Part shown: positions 8,701-17,500 of the stretch, one piece after another
Position numbering within the stretch: the first letter of the stretch is position 1
Layout: each line of letters starts with the position of its first letter
IMG/VR virus record: IMGVR_UViG_3300017783_000117
Coordinates: 1-31,569 of that record
Reading direction: 5' to 3' (one strand)
Origin: a virus
Lineage: Duplodnaviria; Caudoviricetes
DNA length: 31,569 bases
Program-made: the position numbers and the translations under genes
Notes under the pieces: generated by a model
What the model was told of the DNA's origin: nothing
The model's database searches: none
Seen by the model: only the letters and a program-made list of their open reading frames with translations

Positions 8701-11089
8701 AATTATTGAACTTAAAGTTGTTTGAGCCTGGATCAGTACCACCAACAACGTTAGAGCTATAATTCCATACAAATGTTAAACCACCGTATTCGCCTTGCTC
8801 ACCCTGAAGTCCTTGTAATCCTTGAGTACCTTGTGCACCCTGAGCACCAGTTCCACCTGTAAAGCCTTGTGTTCCCTGAACACCTTGGTCGCCTTGAGTA
8901 CCTTGAATACCTTGCGTTCCTTGGTCACCTTGAACACCCTGAATGGCTTCCCCTTGTAATCCTTGGAAACCTTGCGTTCCTTGGTTACCTTGAGTACCTT
9001 GAACACCTTGGTCGCCTTGTAATCCTTGAGTACCTTGATCGCCTTGTAATCCTTGAGTACCTTGTGGTCCTTGAATACCACGATCACCGTTTCTTGAGAA
9101 AGTTACTTTAACACCAGTTCCGTTGCTTAAAGACGTTGCACCACTAATTCTTACAACTTCAAATTCCCAATAACCAGTCTTATCTGTTATTACATCAATT
9201 CTAAGTAATAGTTGATTGTAAATATTTGTTTCATCAACAATACGAACATAACCTTTAGGATCTCCAACAATTGCGTCAAGCTCAGCAGCAAGACCGTCCA
9301 TAACATTGTTAGTACCTTCGTCTTCATCATCAATCCATAACTTAAGACCTGAAGATGAGAGTGAAGTATCACTAAACCTTATAATACCTGTACCTGGGTC
9401 GGCATCTGTTGTATTATTATCGTATTCGTAGTTATAACTGATTCCACCAAAGTCACCAGTATTACCTTGTAGACCCTGATCACCTTGTAAACCTTGAGTA
9501 CCTTGATCGCCTTGTAATCCCTGAGTACCTTGATCGCCTTGTAAACCTTGACTTCCTTGTGAACCTACTTCACCTTGAGCTCCAGTAAATCCTTGAGTAC
9601 CTTGAACACCTTGAGTACCTTGGTCACCTTGAATACCAATGAATCCCTGCGTACCTTGAACACCTTGTGTACCAACTCTTCCAAATGAAAGTATAAATGC
9701 AGGATCTGATGCAACGTTTGTGAATACACCTGAACTGTTTGCTACATGACTAATTTGTAATGTTAACCAACCTGTGTTGTCAGTTACATCATTAATTTCA
9801 AAAGTAATAAACTCTTGAATATCTGAAATTCTTGTAAGTTGTATATAACCTTTAACTGGTCCTGCTACTAAATCAATACTGTTTAATAAGGCAGATACAT
9901 CTTTATTATTTTTTGCTTCTTGGTCAATAAACATTGCCGTAGCAAGAGAAGGGTCTGTATTATTAATTGCCCAACCACCAACACCTGGATCTGAAGCAAT
10001 TGTAGATGCGTCGTAATCAAACTCAAATGATACTCCACCATAAGTACCTGAATAGCCTTGTAGACCATCGTCTCCTTGAATACCAGTAAAGCCTTGAGTT
10101 CCTTGAACCCCTTGGTCACCTTGAGTACCTTGTATACCTAAGTCACCTTGAATACCAGTAAAGCCTTGGTTACCTTGTGTTCCTTGCAGTCCCTGCGTTC
10201 CTTGGAAACCTAAGTCACCTTGAATACCTTGCGTTCCTTGATTACCCTGAACACCTTGATAGCCACGGAATCCTCTTTCACCTTGAATACCTTCGTAACC
10301 TAATTGACCCTGAACACCTTGATCGCCTTGTACACCTTGTAAGCCTTGAACTCCACGGAACGTACCGAGGTTAATCCAAACAGATCCATCATATACCCAG
10401 ATTTCTTCGTCTGCGTCATCAATGACAGCATTACCAACAACAGCAGAACCAAAGGCTGTATTTAATGTTGCTTGAGGATCTCCACCTGAGTCAACATCTG
10501 GTACTGAACCAATAATATCGAAGCCAGGACCGTAATCACCTTGTGTACCTTGAGCACCTTGAGCTCCTGAGAAACCTTGAACACCTGCACCAACTTGAGT
10601 AACAGGATCTGAAGCAAATACCATAACAGTAAACGCTTCTGTTGTACTTGGTGTTACAACAGCTCCATTTCCGTCATATAATGCAATCTGAAATCCATTT
10701 ACTGTTTTATTATTTACTGATACAAATCTTGTATCATCTTGAAACTCACCATCAGTTACAACAGTATAATCAGTATCAGGTTGAGCAGTAGCAAATGTAA
10801 GATCTAAAGTACCATTAGCTACATCCCAATTTGCAGCTGTAATACTTGTTCCTGTTGGAGTTGTACCATCAACTCTCATGAAAGCAAATGGTAAGATCGC
10901 GCTTTGTGTTACACCACTATCGGTTAAGAATTCTTTCCACTGGGTACCATCGGAGTAATATACCTTATCATTATCAGCATATACAAGTGCACCCTCGTAA
11001 GGTACGGGGTCAAGTGTAATCGGATATGGCTGCGGTATACCGTAACCAAGTAATTGATTCTTTCCTGTTATTGTACCAAATCTGGACAT
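5792..11089 (-). CDS. Collagen-like (Gly-X-Gln) tail fibre with C-terminal Peptidase_S74 intramolecular chaperone (1765 aa)
   Basis: Long Gly-X-Y tracts interrupted by four related globular domains, plus an LSNIVEDTTPQLGGNLD motif. The C-terminus SDESLKENV...LRGVNFDWK...GVIAQEIE..LPEVV...LIEAIKEL matches the S74 signature. Confidence 0.88.
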   Translation of the reverse strand: MSRFGTITGKNQLLGYGIPQPYPITLDPVPYEGALVYADNDKVYYSDGTQWKEFLTDSGVTQSAILPFAFMRVDGTTPTGTSITAANWDVANGTLDLTFATAQPDTDYTVVTDGEFQDDTRFVSVNNKTVNGFQIALYDGNGAVVTPSTTEAFTVMVFASDPVTQVGAGVQGFSGAQGAQGTQGDYGPGFDIIGSVPDVDSGGDPQATLNTAFGSAVVGNAVIDDADEEIWVYDGSVWINLGTFRGVQGLQGVQGDQGVQGQLGYEGIQGERGFRGYQGVQGNQGTQGIQGDLGFQGTQGLQGTQGNQGFTGIQGDLGIQGTQGDQGVQGTQGFTGIQGDDGLQGYSGTYGGVSFEFDYDASTIASDPGVGGWAINNTDPSLATAMFIDQEAKNNKDVSALLNSIDLVAGPVKGYIQLTRISDIQEFITFEINDVTDNTGWLTLQISHVANSSGVFTNVASDPAFILSFGRVGTQGVQGTQGFIGIQGDQGTQGVQGTQGFTGAQGEVGSQGSQGLQGDQGTQGLQGDQGTQGLQGDQGLQGNTGDFGGISYNYEYDNNTTDADPGTGIIRFSDTSLSSSGLKLWIDDEDEGTNNVMDGLAAELDAIVGDPKGYVRIVDETNIYNQLLLRIDVITDKTGYWEFEVVRISGATSLSNGTGVKVTFSRNGDRGIQGPQGTQGLQGDQGTQGLQGDQGVQGTQGNQGTQGFQGLQGEAIQGVQGDQGTQGIQGTQGDQGVQGTQGFTGGTGAQGAQGTQGLQGLQGEQGEYGGLTFVWNYSSNVVGGTDPGSNNFKFNNSNPQLATLITLDDVPADQFTTEIDALLDYIDSFPGSPKAYLKIQIGAGGDPGPGGHHWLVYEITDWTWDSGAKNYGYFDVVYIDGNASSWTTVTSSHGVETLLTFVPRGPAGIQGPQGTQGFQGFQGLIGQGTQGTQGIQGTQGDQGESGSFGGITFDYTFKTDTVNNSPGIGGLKFNNSTYSSVTATYIGDRDDNFVNIEPFLRTIDDSTSPIKGHFRITKKGTPETFQIFTISALTEVTGYFIISSAFVSGNGTFVDNEDVTITFARTGDTGSTGSQGVQGTQGVQGTQGDQGLQGNTGQGDQGTQGVQGTQGDQGDEGPGGGQGIQGVQGTQGFTGAQGELGFQGAGGEGNQGTQGLQGDQGTQGIIGSDGNDGAQGPAGAGAQGTQGTQGVQGGAGDEGQPGGEGQQGTQGLQGDQGTQGPQGFGAQGADGFGPQGTQGLQGTQGTIGAPSDVQGPQGTQGLQGDQGVQGNDGTGAQGAQGYQGTQGNDGPGGTGPQGLQGDQGTQGVQGNQGFQGGAGGDGIQGDLGLQGDQGTQGFTGDAGVGVQGPQGTQGVQGGPGEAGADSTVQGPQGTQGWYGPQGETGAGEDGVQGPQGLQGFTGDTGGSGPQGTTGGDGGLGQEGPQGPAGPAGGDGSVGAQGETGAQGDNGADGGAGAPGTPGDQGVQGVQGTQGFFGDEGPQGAAGGGPQGTQGEKGDVGGDGIQGSPGDAGPAGPQGTVGSAGADSTVQGPQGVQGGFGPQGTAGATDEVEVDDINASGLQTTNMFITMVQGGSGARPLYGTTGPNYDHGSSPMQTGNQANFFYTAQTDMVTVENINIAGGATLGGTTITTWPTGGGGGGSLSNIVEDTTPQLGGNLDGQAFTVTTTGDITAANFNSTSDESLKENVHTIENALDKVDSLRGVNFDWKESGLTATGVIAQEIETILPEVVTEVDGIKHVAYGNVVGVLIEAIKELKAEIEDLKN
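6450..10590 (-). repeat. Collagen-like Gly-X-Y coding repeats (9-nt period, CAAGGT-rich)
   Basis: The plus strand shows ACCTTG/CCTTG recurring every 9 nt. Near-identical 27-nt units encoding QGLQGDQGT occur at about 9005-9065 and 9470-9550. Confidence 0.95.
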
Positions 11090-11128
11090 CTTTGTTTATT
11101 TCCTTAAATTCAAACCTAATTAATAATA

Positions 11129-11136
11129 TATTTATT
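11129..11136 (-). promoter_or_regulatory. Putative late promoter variant AATAAATA
   Basis: One mismatch to TATAAATA, intergenic, about 40 nt upstream of the ATG at 11089, which has an AAGGA RBS. Confidence 0.55.
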
Positions 11137-11137
11137 C

Positions 11138-11563
11138 TTAGACAACATCGTCTTCTTCAGATTGACCTTGCGTGAATGACAATGTAGCATGTACTGCTAA
11201 ATCAGTATCAGCTTTAATTTCTAATGTATCACCACTCTTAAGAAACTGTCCGTTTAATGGAATTGGTGTTGTTTCATTTGCCGTGATTGGCATATTCCTT
11301 AATACATAAAATTCTGCATTAGCTTCATCTCTATGGAATCTTAAATCAATTAAAACTGTACTTGATGTCGTATTACATAATACTAAAGGTGATATGATTT
11401 CACCAACACCTGGTTCAATTGTTTCGGATCCACCGAATACTAATTCAGGAACTTTATAATTAGGTACATCTGCAATCACTTGCCAGTTCGTAGTCACAAT
11501 CTCGTTAATCGCAACTGGTTTTGCGTCTGGAGCTTGACTCGTTGTAATTGTTGTTACGCTCAT
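11138..11563 (-). CDS. Hypothetical phage protein, predicted all-beta (141 aa)
   Basis: Fills the gap between two large structural genes with an RBS-like AAGGGA upstream. The pattern IISPLVLCN...VLRNMPITANET...LKSGDTLEIKA resembles small beta proteins of phage tail regions. Confidence 0.75.
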   Translation of the reverse strand: MSVTTITTSQAPDAKPVAINEIVTTNWQVIADVPNYKVPELVFGGSETIEPGVGEIISPLVLCNTTSSTVLIDLRFHRDEANAEFYVLRNMPITANETTPIPLNGQFLKSGDTLEIKADTDLAVHATLSFTQGQSEEDDVV

Positions 11564-11587
11564 TTTTCTTATTCCCTTTTAAATTTT

Positions 11588-14500
11588 TTAAACTACCGCT
11601 CTCGAGTTCGAAGCACGTCTTGCTAACTTACGAACCGAAGAAGTAAATGGTCGGCCTTCAATACGACCTGTTCTACCGTTAATTCTTAGACCTCTTGCGA
11701 AGTACTGGTTATTCAATTCATCAGCACCTGACCAACGAATACGTCCACCGTTTTCATTGAGTACCGAAGCAATCGCCGATATAGCAGCACCTAAGTTTCT
11801 GAAGTTCAGAGGTAATGCGTTTCTGTTAACACCAGCCGATGCACCGTTGAACTGGTGAGCAATGGATTCAACCAATGATCCGAAGATCAATGTTTCAGGT
11901 CTTAATACGTTGTCTTTCAGACAGTCGTCAAATAATCCATTAACCATTGCGGTATGTTCAGCGTCAGGTGATAGATTTGTTGTAATGTAAGTTTTCATTC
12001 TATCCCATGAACCAACAAATGCATCCAATAACGTTGTATCGTTAGCACCTTCTAAGGTCCAAGCGGTACCATTCCAATAATATATATCACCGGTAAAGTT
12101 ACTTACTGTAATATCAGTGGCAACAATATAAGCATAGTTAGGTTTCATTCCAGTAACACTACTTAGATCTGCGAAGGAATTAACTGATCCTCTGTATTTC
12201 AGACCTTGCATTGTTGGATTGAATACTGGGAATACATGAGTACCGTCATAGTTAAAGAACGACGCGGTAAATGTTCTTACAGCATTCTGAGAACCATTAT
12301 CACTATATGTAGGTTGTGGAACATCAGGATTGAACTTATCGTAAGCAAAGTCATTATAGACAGCAGTTAATAAGTTTCTTGCATCCCTTCTTGTTAAATT
12401 AATATCAACGAAGTTGTAAGCAGAGTTAACATGTCTTACAGTATCTTTCTGTAATTCTTTTCTTCTTTGACCGATAATGTTTTGAGCATCGGTAAATATT
12501 GAATTACTGAATGTGTAATCAGGTTCCATTAATACAGGTAAGTACTTAGTATCGTTATATAATTGTGTCTTATAGAAGATATTTGCTAATTCTTCAACCT
12601 TCTTACTTTCGACTTCAGTTGCGAGTTCACCAAGTATTGTTTGACCTGGGTATTCACCTAATACGATATCCTTACAAATTCTACCTAAGTGACGGTATGA
12701 TTTTGCAGTCGGTATTCTTTGATCTTCAGGCAATCTGTAAATTTGATTCCAGAAGTAGAAATCAGCATTCCATCTTGAAGCACTGTTACCACCGAAGTTT
12801 AAGTCGAAGCTGAATGCATCGAGTAAGAATCCTGTATCTCTTCTACATTTTGCTTTGTTGTAATCAAGTACATTAAAGTTACTATTGATATATTCAGTTA
12901 CATCAGAAGCAAGTTCCTCTGTATTGTTATCAAGTTTAGTACCAACATTCCTTAATGTAGCATCAACCCAACTTGCAGTTTCAGTAGGTAATGGTATTTC
13001 ATCTGTATCATCAGCTCTTACAACATTCTCAATGACAGCAACAAGATCATGTACCTGAGTACCTTCAAGAGCCGTAGCAGCTGTACCTACAGTATTCTGT
13101 GGAGTTAATGTATAATTACTTGCATTAGTTACTGGAGTTTCTTGAACAACCTGCTCAACAACATCACCTAGTAATTGTAATACATCAGCGTATTGAGTTT
13201 TAGTATCTACAGGAAGTACTGATACTCCGTTCTCGAAGTATATACCTGCTGATTGTAATGTAGCAAAGTTAGAATCGTGTTGTACATCATGAGAGATTGA
13301 GTCGATAATATAACCGATATCTCTTCTGCATTTTGCTTCAGGGAAACTTAACGCGTTATGAGTACTTGATAGATATGTAATTACTGATTCTGCCAAGATT
13401 GAAGATCTTCTTTCTACAACCTCTTTAGAAGTAATGTAGTTATCACCCATCCAAGTTTGTAATACATCAATTCTTTCAGGTATTGTGTTTCTTGTTTCAA
13501 TATTATCATCAACTGCGTTGGCAACAATTTCAACAAGTTTTCTTGCTTCTTTACAAGTATTTGGATTTGCACCAACCGCAACCATATCCTGTGCTTCTAC
13601 AGTTTGATATGAAGGTAGGCCATTCCAATAATCGTATTTAGTTACAATATCACCTGTGTAGTATTTTCCTGTTCTTGGATATAAAGTAGTTGTAATATCT
13701 TTACCACCAACAACGTGTTCTACAATTTTTGCCAAGTGTAAGAATGCATCTCTTGTACCCATTCTTTGTTCGATTTGTAATCCAGTGTTTACAGCATTCT
13801 CAAAATACATTCCTGCAGTTTGAACTGATGCCGCATTACCACCGTATTGAATATCGTGACAAAGTGCATCGATGATATATCCTGTATCTCTTCGACATTT
13901 TGTTTCACTGTAAGGTAATACTTGATAGAACTCTGACAGATGAGCAAGTAACGAAGTAGAAACTGAATCCTTAATTCCGTCAAGTGCAAGGTAAGCAGCA
14001 GTTGCTGTTGCACCCCATACTGCGTTTGTTTCATCAGGCATTACAACCTTAGGAGAAAGTAACATTGTGTTATTGGTAATTGAGTCAGCAACAATATCAA
14101 ATAGTGATTCTACTTCAGCAGATATAGCAGCCTGAGCAGTTCCACCTGCGAATGATTGAGTTTCACCGTTACCAGCAGATTTAAGTCCACCGATATCAGT
14201 ATCTAAACAAATAAGTTCAGCACAATCACCAAGGTGAGCAAATGCAGCAGCCGTTGGTTCTCTTTGATCTGCAGGTAATACTGATACCGCATTTTCAAAG
14301 TAAAGTTTTGCATCGTTCAGTGTAGCAAAGTTTCCACCGTATTGAGCATCAGCTGCAATGGCATCAATTAAGTAACCTGTATCTCTTTCACATCTAGCAA
14401 CATCGTAACTATGTGAAGGTCTGTTAGCAGCAAGCCATGCTGTAATTTCAGCTTGTAAGAATGCTTTATTATTTTGTAACTGAGATCTTGCATTAATTCT

Positions 14501-17500
14501 TTCAGTTGAAGGTGATGTATTTGTATAATCAATTGCATCAGCGTTAGCACGACCGTTAGTCATTATATCAATAACTTCATTAAACGCAGTTTCTGTTCTA
14601 CGTTTCATTTCACCGTCAACTACAGCTTCAATTGCCTTATCTCTTGCGAACTCAATACCTTTTATTGTTTCAGTTAACTGTTCGTTAATAACTACGTCAG
14701 CACCAGCAGAACCTGTTCTATATGCAAGGCCATTAAATATTGCTGATTGATTACCGCCTGTTAATACATCAGTCCTAACTGCGTCGATAATCATTCCAAC
14801 ATCTCTCTTACATTTGTCACCGTCAAATACGTAGTAACGATCTTTGAGGTATCCTTGTAATTCTTCGATGATGAAGTCTCTGTTTCTTACTAATTGCTTT
14901 CTTGCCAATGTTCTGTTAGGATCAAACGAAGCCTTAGTTAATGTTGGCATTTCAGAATCTTCAATATTGGTCTTATCAATTAAATTAGATACTGAGTAAA
15001 TTAATTGTGCAACTTCTCCAGCCTTAGCAGAACTTGCCACAGTTCCATCTATAATATGATATGGACCCATACTAATTGCATCTGCATCAGCGGATACGAA
15101 TGTATGTGGTTGTTGTCCTGAACCACCTGTTCCTACATTCATTGAAATTGTAGTTGAGGTTGTAGCAATAATTTTAACTGCTTTATTGTAATAAGGATGA
15201 TGTTTCTGTGGTGAAGTATGATTCGCAACTCCACTACCCATATCACAACTGAATGTTACACCGTTTGGTTTTAGATATACTTCAGCGTTAACATCAAAAC
15301 TGTGAGTACCAATATCAGCAACATAAATTCCTGTAGCAGGATCGTAGGTTGCAGATGAAACTCCGAATGTTGTATAAGATGAAGTTTGTTGAGTACCTGC
15401 AGCGACAGGAGCAGCCAACCCTGCAAGTCTGTTAAATGCAAGTTGAGTTGCCTCACGTTGTTCATAAGGCAATACATTGATTGCTTCTCTTAAACCTGAA
15501 ACGTTAGCAGTATCTTCGTAATTAGATAATGTTCTGAATTGACCTTTTACTTCAATTGGTAAAACGTTAGTTGAACGTTGCTGTTCGTAATCAGCAGATG
15601 TTGTATCAAATCTACGGAAGTAATAATCAAATACTTCTAATGTATTTTCATTTCCGCCGTACTCAATATCTCTACTGATTGCATCAACCATGATTCCGAT
15701 ATCACGTTCACATGTTGCTTTCTTATAAGGTAATCCGTTGTGTTCATCTCTTAAGTAATCAATTACTGAAGCAGAAAGATTTTCTGTCATACCATCAATT
15801 GCAGCATGAGCCGCAATCATTGCATCTTCAACATTTGGTTCAATATATGCAGGTAAGTAATCTAATGTATTGTCGCTGATTACTTGAGTTACAATATTAA
15901 CTCTATCTCTTGCTAGGTTAGCAACTTCGATTCCGTAATCAGTTCCTGAATCATCCTGTGCTTGACCATTTCCTGTTGTAGGAGTAATAGTAACATCACG
16001 TACGATATTCCAAACAACATCAGCAATATGTTCCCATGTTTTGTATGTTGGCAATACTTGATCATCAGGTAATACTGATACCGCATTTTCAAAATACAAT
16101 CTTGCGAAGTTAACTGAACATGTATTTCCACCAAACTTAACATCTTGTATTAAACCATCAACAAGATAACCTGTATCTCTTTCACAAGCAGCAGTATCAT
16201 AATTCAGTGTTGGATAATTTTGAGCAATATAAGCAGTAGTTTCAGCAATAATAAATGCTCTGTTTGTAATTAAGATATTACCAGCATCATTATGGTTATT
16301 ACTTAACGCGGCAGTTGCACCCCATTGTTTTGTACCAATGTTTGCTGAACCATTTTGCATGATATCAATGATCTTATCAAAATGTTGATTTGTTCTTGTT
16401 AACGCAACTCCTGTTACTGAAGGATCTGCTGCAACTTGAGCTTTAAGATAATTAATTGCCGCAACTGTTTCAACCAACTGATCGTCAATAACTTTATTAG
16501 CACCTACAGAACCGGTTCTATATCCTAGACCCATGAACTGAGAGTTCCAAGTTGAGTTTGTTGCCATATCACGTCTTACAGAATCAAGAATGAATCCTGA
16601 ATCTCTTGAACATTTTTCTCCATCAAATACAAAGTATTGGGTATCCAAGTAAGCGGATACTTCCTTAGCCAAGAAGTCTTTGTTTTGTTGTAGTTGTTCT
16701 CTTGCGTATTGACCTTGAGATTTATAAGTAGATTTTGAAACACCGTCTTTGATTACTGATACGAAGGTATGTACTCCACCTGCTGTACCTGCGATACCCA
16801 TATCAACAGTAACAACATCACCAACGATTGCTGTAATGTTCATTGGCTGCATGTAGTTTACATCGCCTTTTCTTGGGTATGAATGTTCAGTTGCATCACC
16901 ATCTTGAGAACAAGTAAATGTAAATGCGTATGGAGCGAACTCAACATAATCTTCTGTTGTTAAATCGTGTCCTGGTATTGTTATATCACTTAACCCAGTA
17001 GCAGGAACAAATGTTGCTGTAGTTGGAGTGTAATGCTTGACATAAGATGCAGGATCAGTAAAGAATAAACCATCCGTGTCAATTGCCCCAGCATCCGCTC
17101 TAACGAATGTATGAGTACCACCAGTACCTGTTCCGATGTTCATTGTAATTGTATCGGCAGTAACTTCTGTAAGTCTTACAGGGGTCTTATATGCAGGATG
17201 GTGTTTAGCCGGTGCAGCATGTTCTGTAACACCGCCATCTAAAGTACAAGTAAAGATTACTGAATTTGGTTTAATAACAATCGTATCACCAGCTTCCAAA
17301 TTGTGTTTTCCAATTGATGCTGTAAATACGCCAGTTACTGCGTTATACGTTGCATCGTATGGAGTATATGTTGAATTGTACTTAGCAGTTTTAACACTGT
17401 CTGATGTAGCAGAAACAAATGTATGAGTTGAAGTATCAGTACTTGTACCTACATTTACTGTAAACGATGTAGATGTTGTTTGTGCAACAACGACAGGCTT

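Noticed and set aside
6160-10374. Alternative-frame ORFs with KVLKVFKV or HLEHLEYL repeats
   Set aside because: They are frame-shifted or antisense readings of the CAAGGT collagen repeat, which lacks stops by construction.
6450-10590. Regularly spaced DNA repeats resembling a CRISPR array or satellite
   Set aside because: The period is 9 or 27 nt in frame, there are no unique spacers between constant repeats, and no cas genes are present. Gly-X-Gln coding explains it fully.
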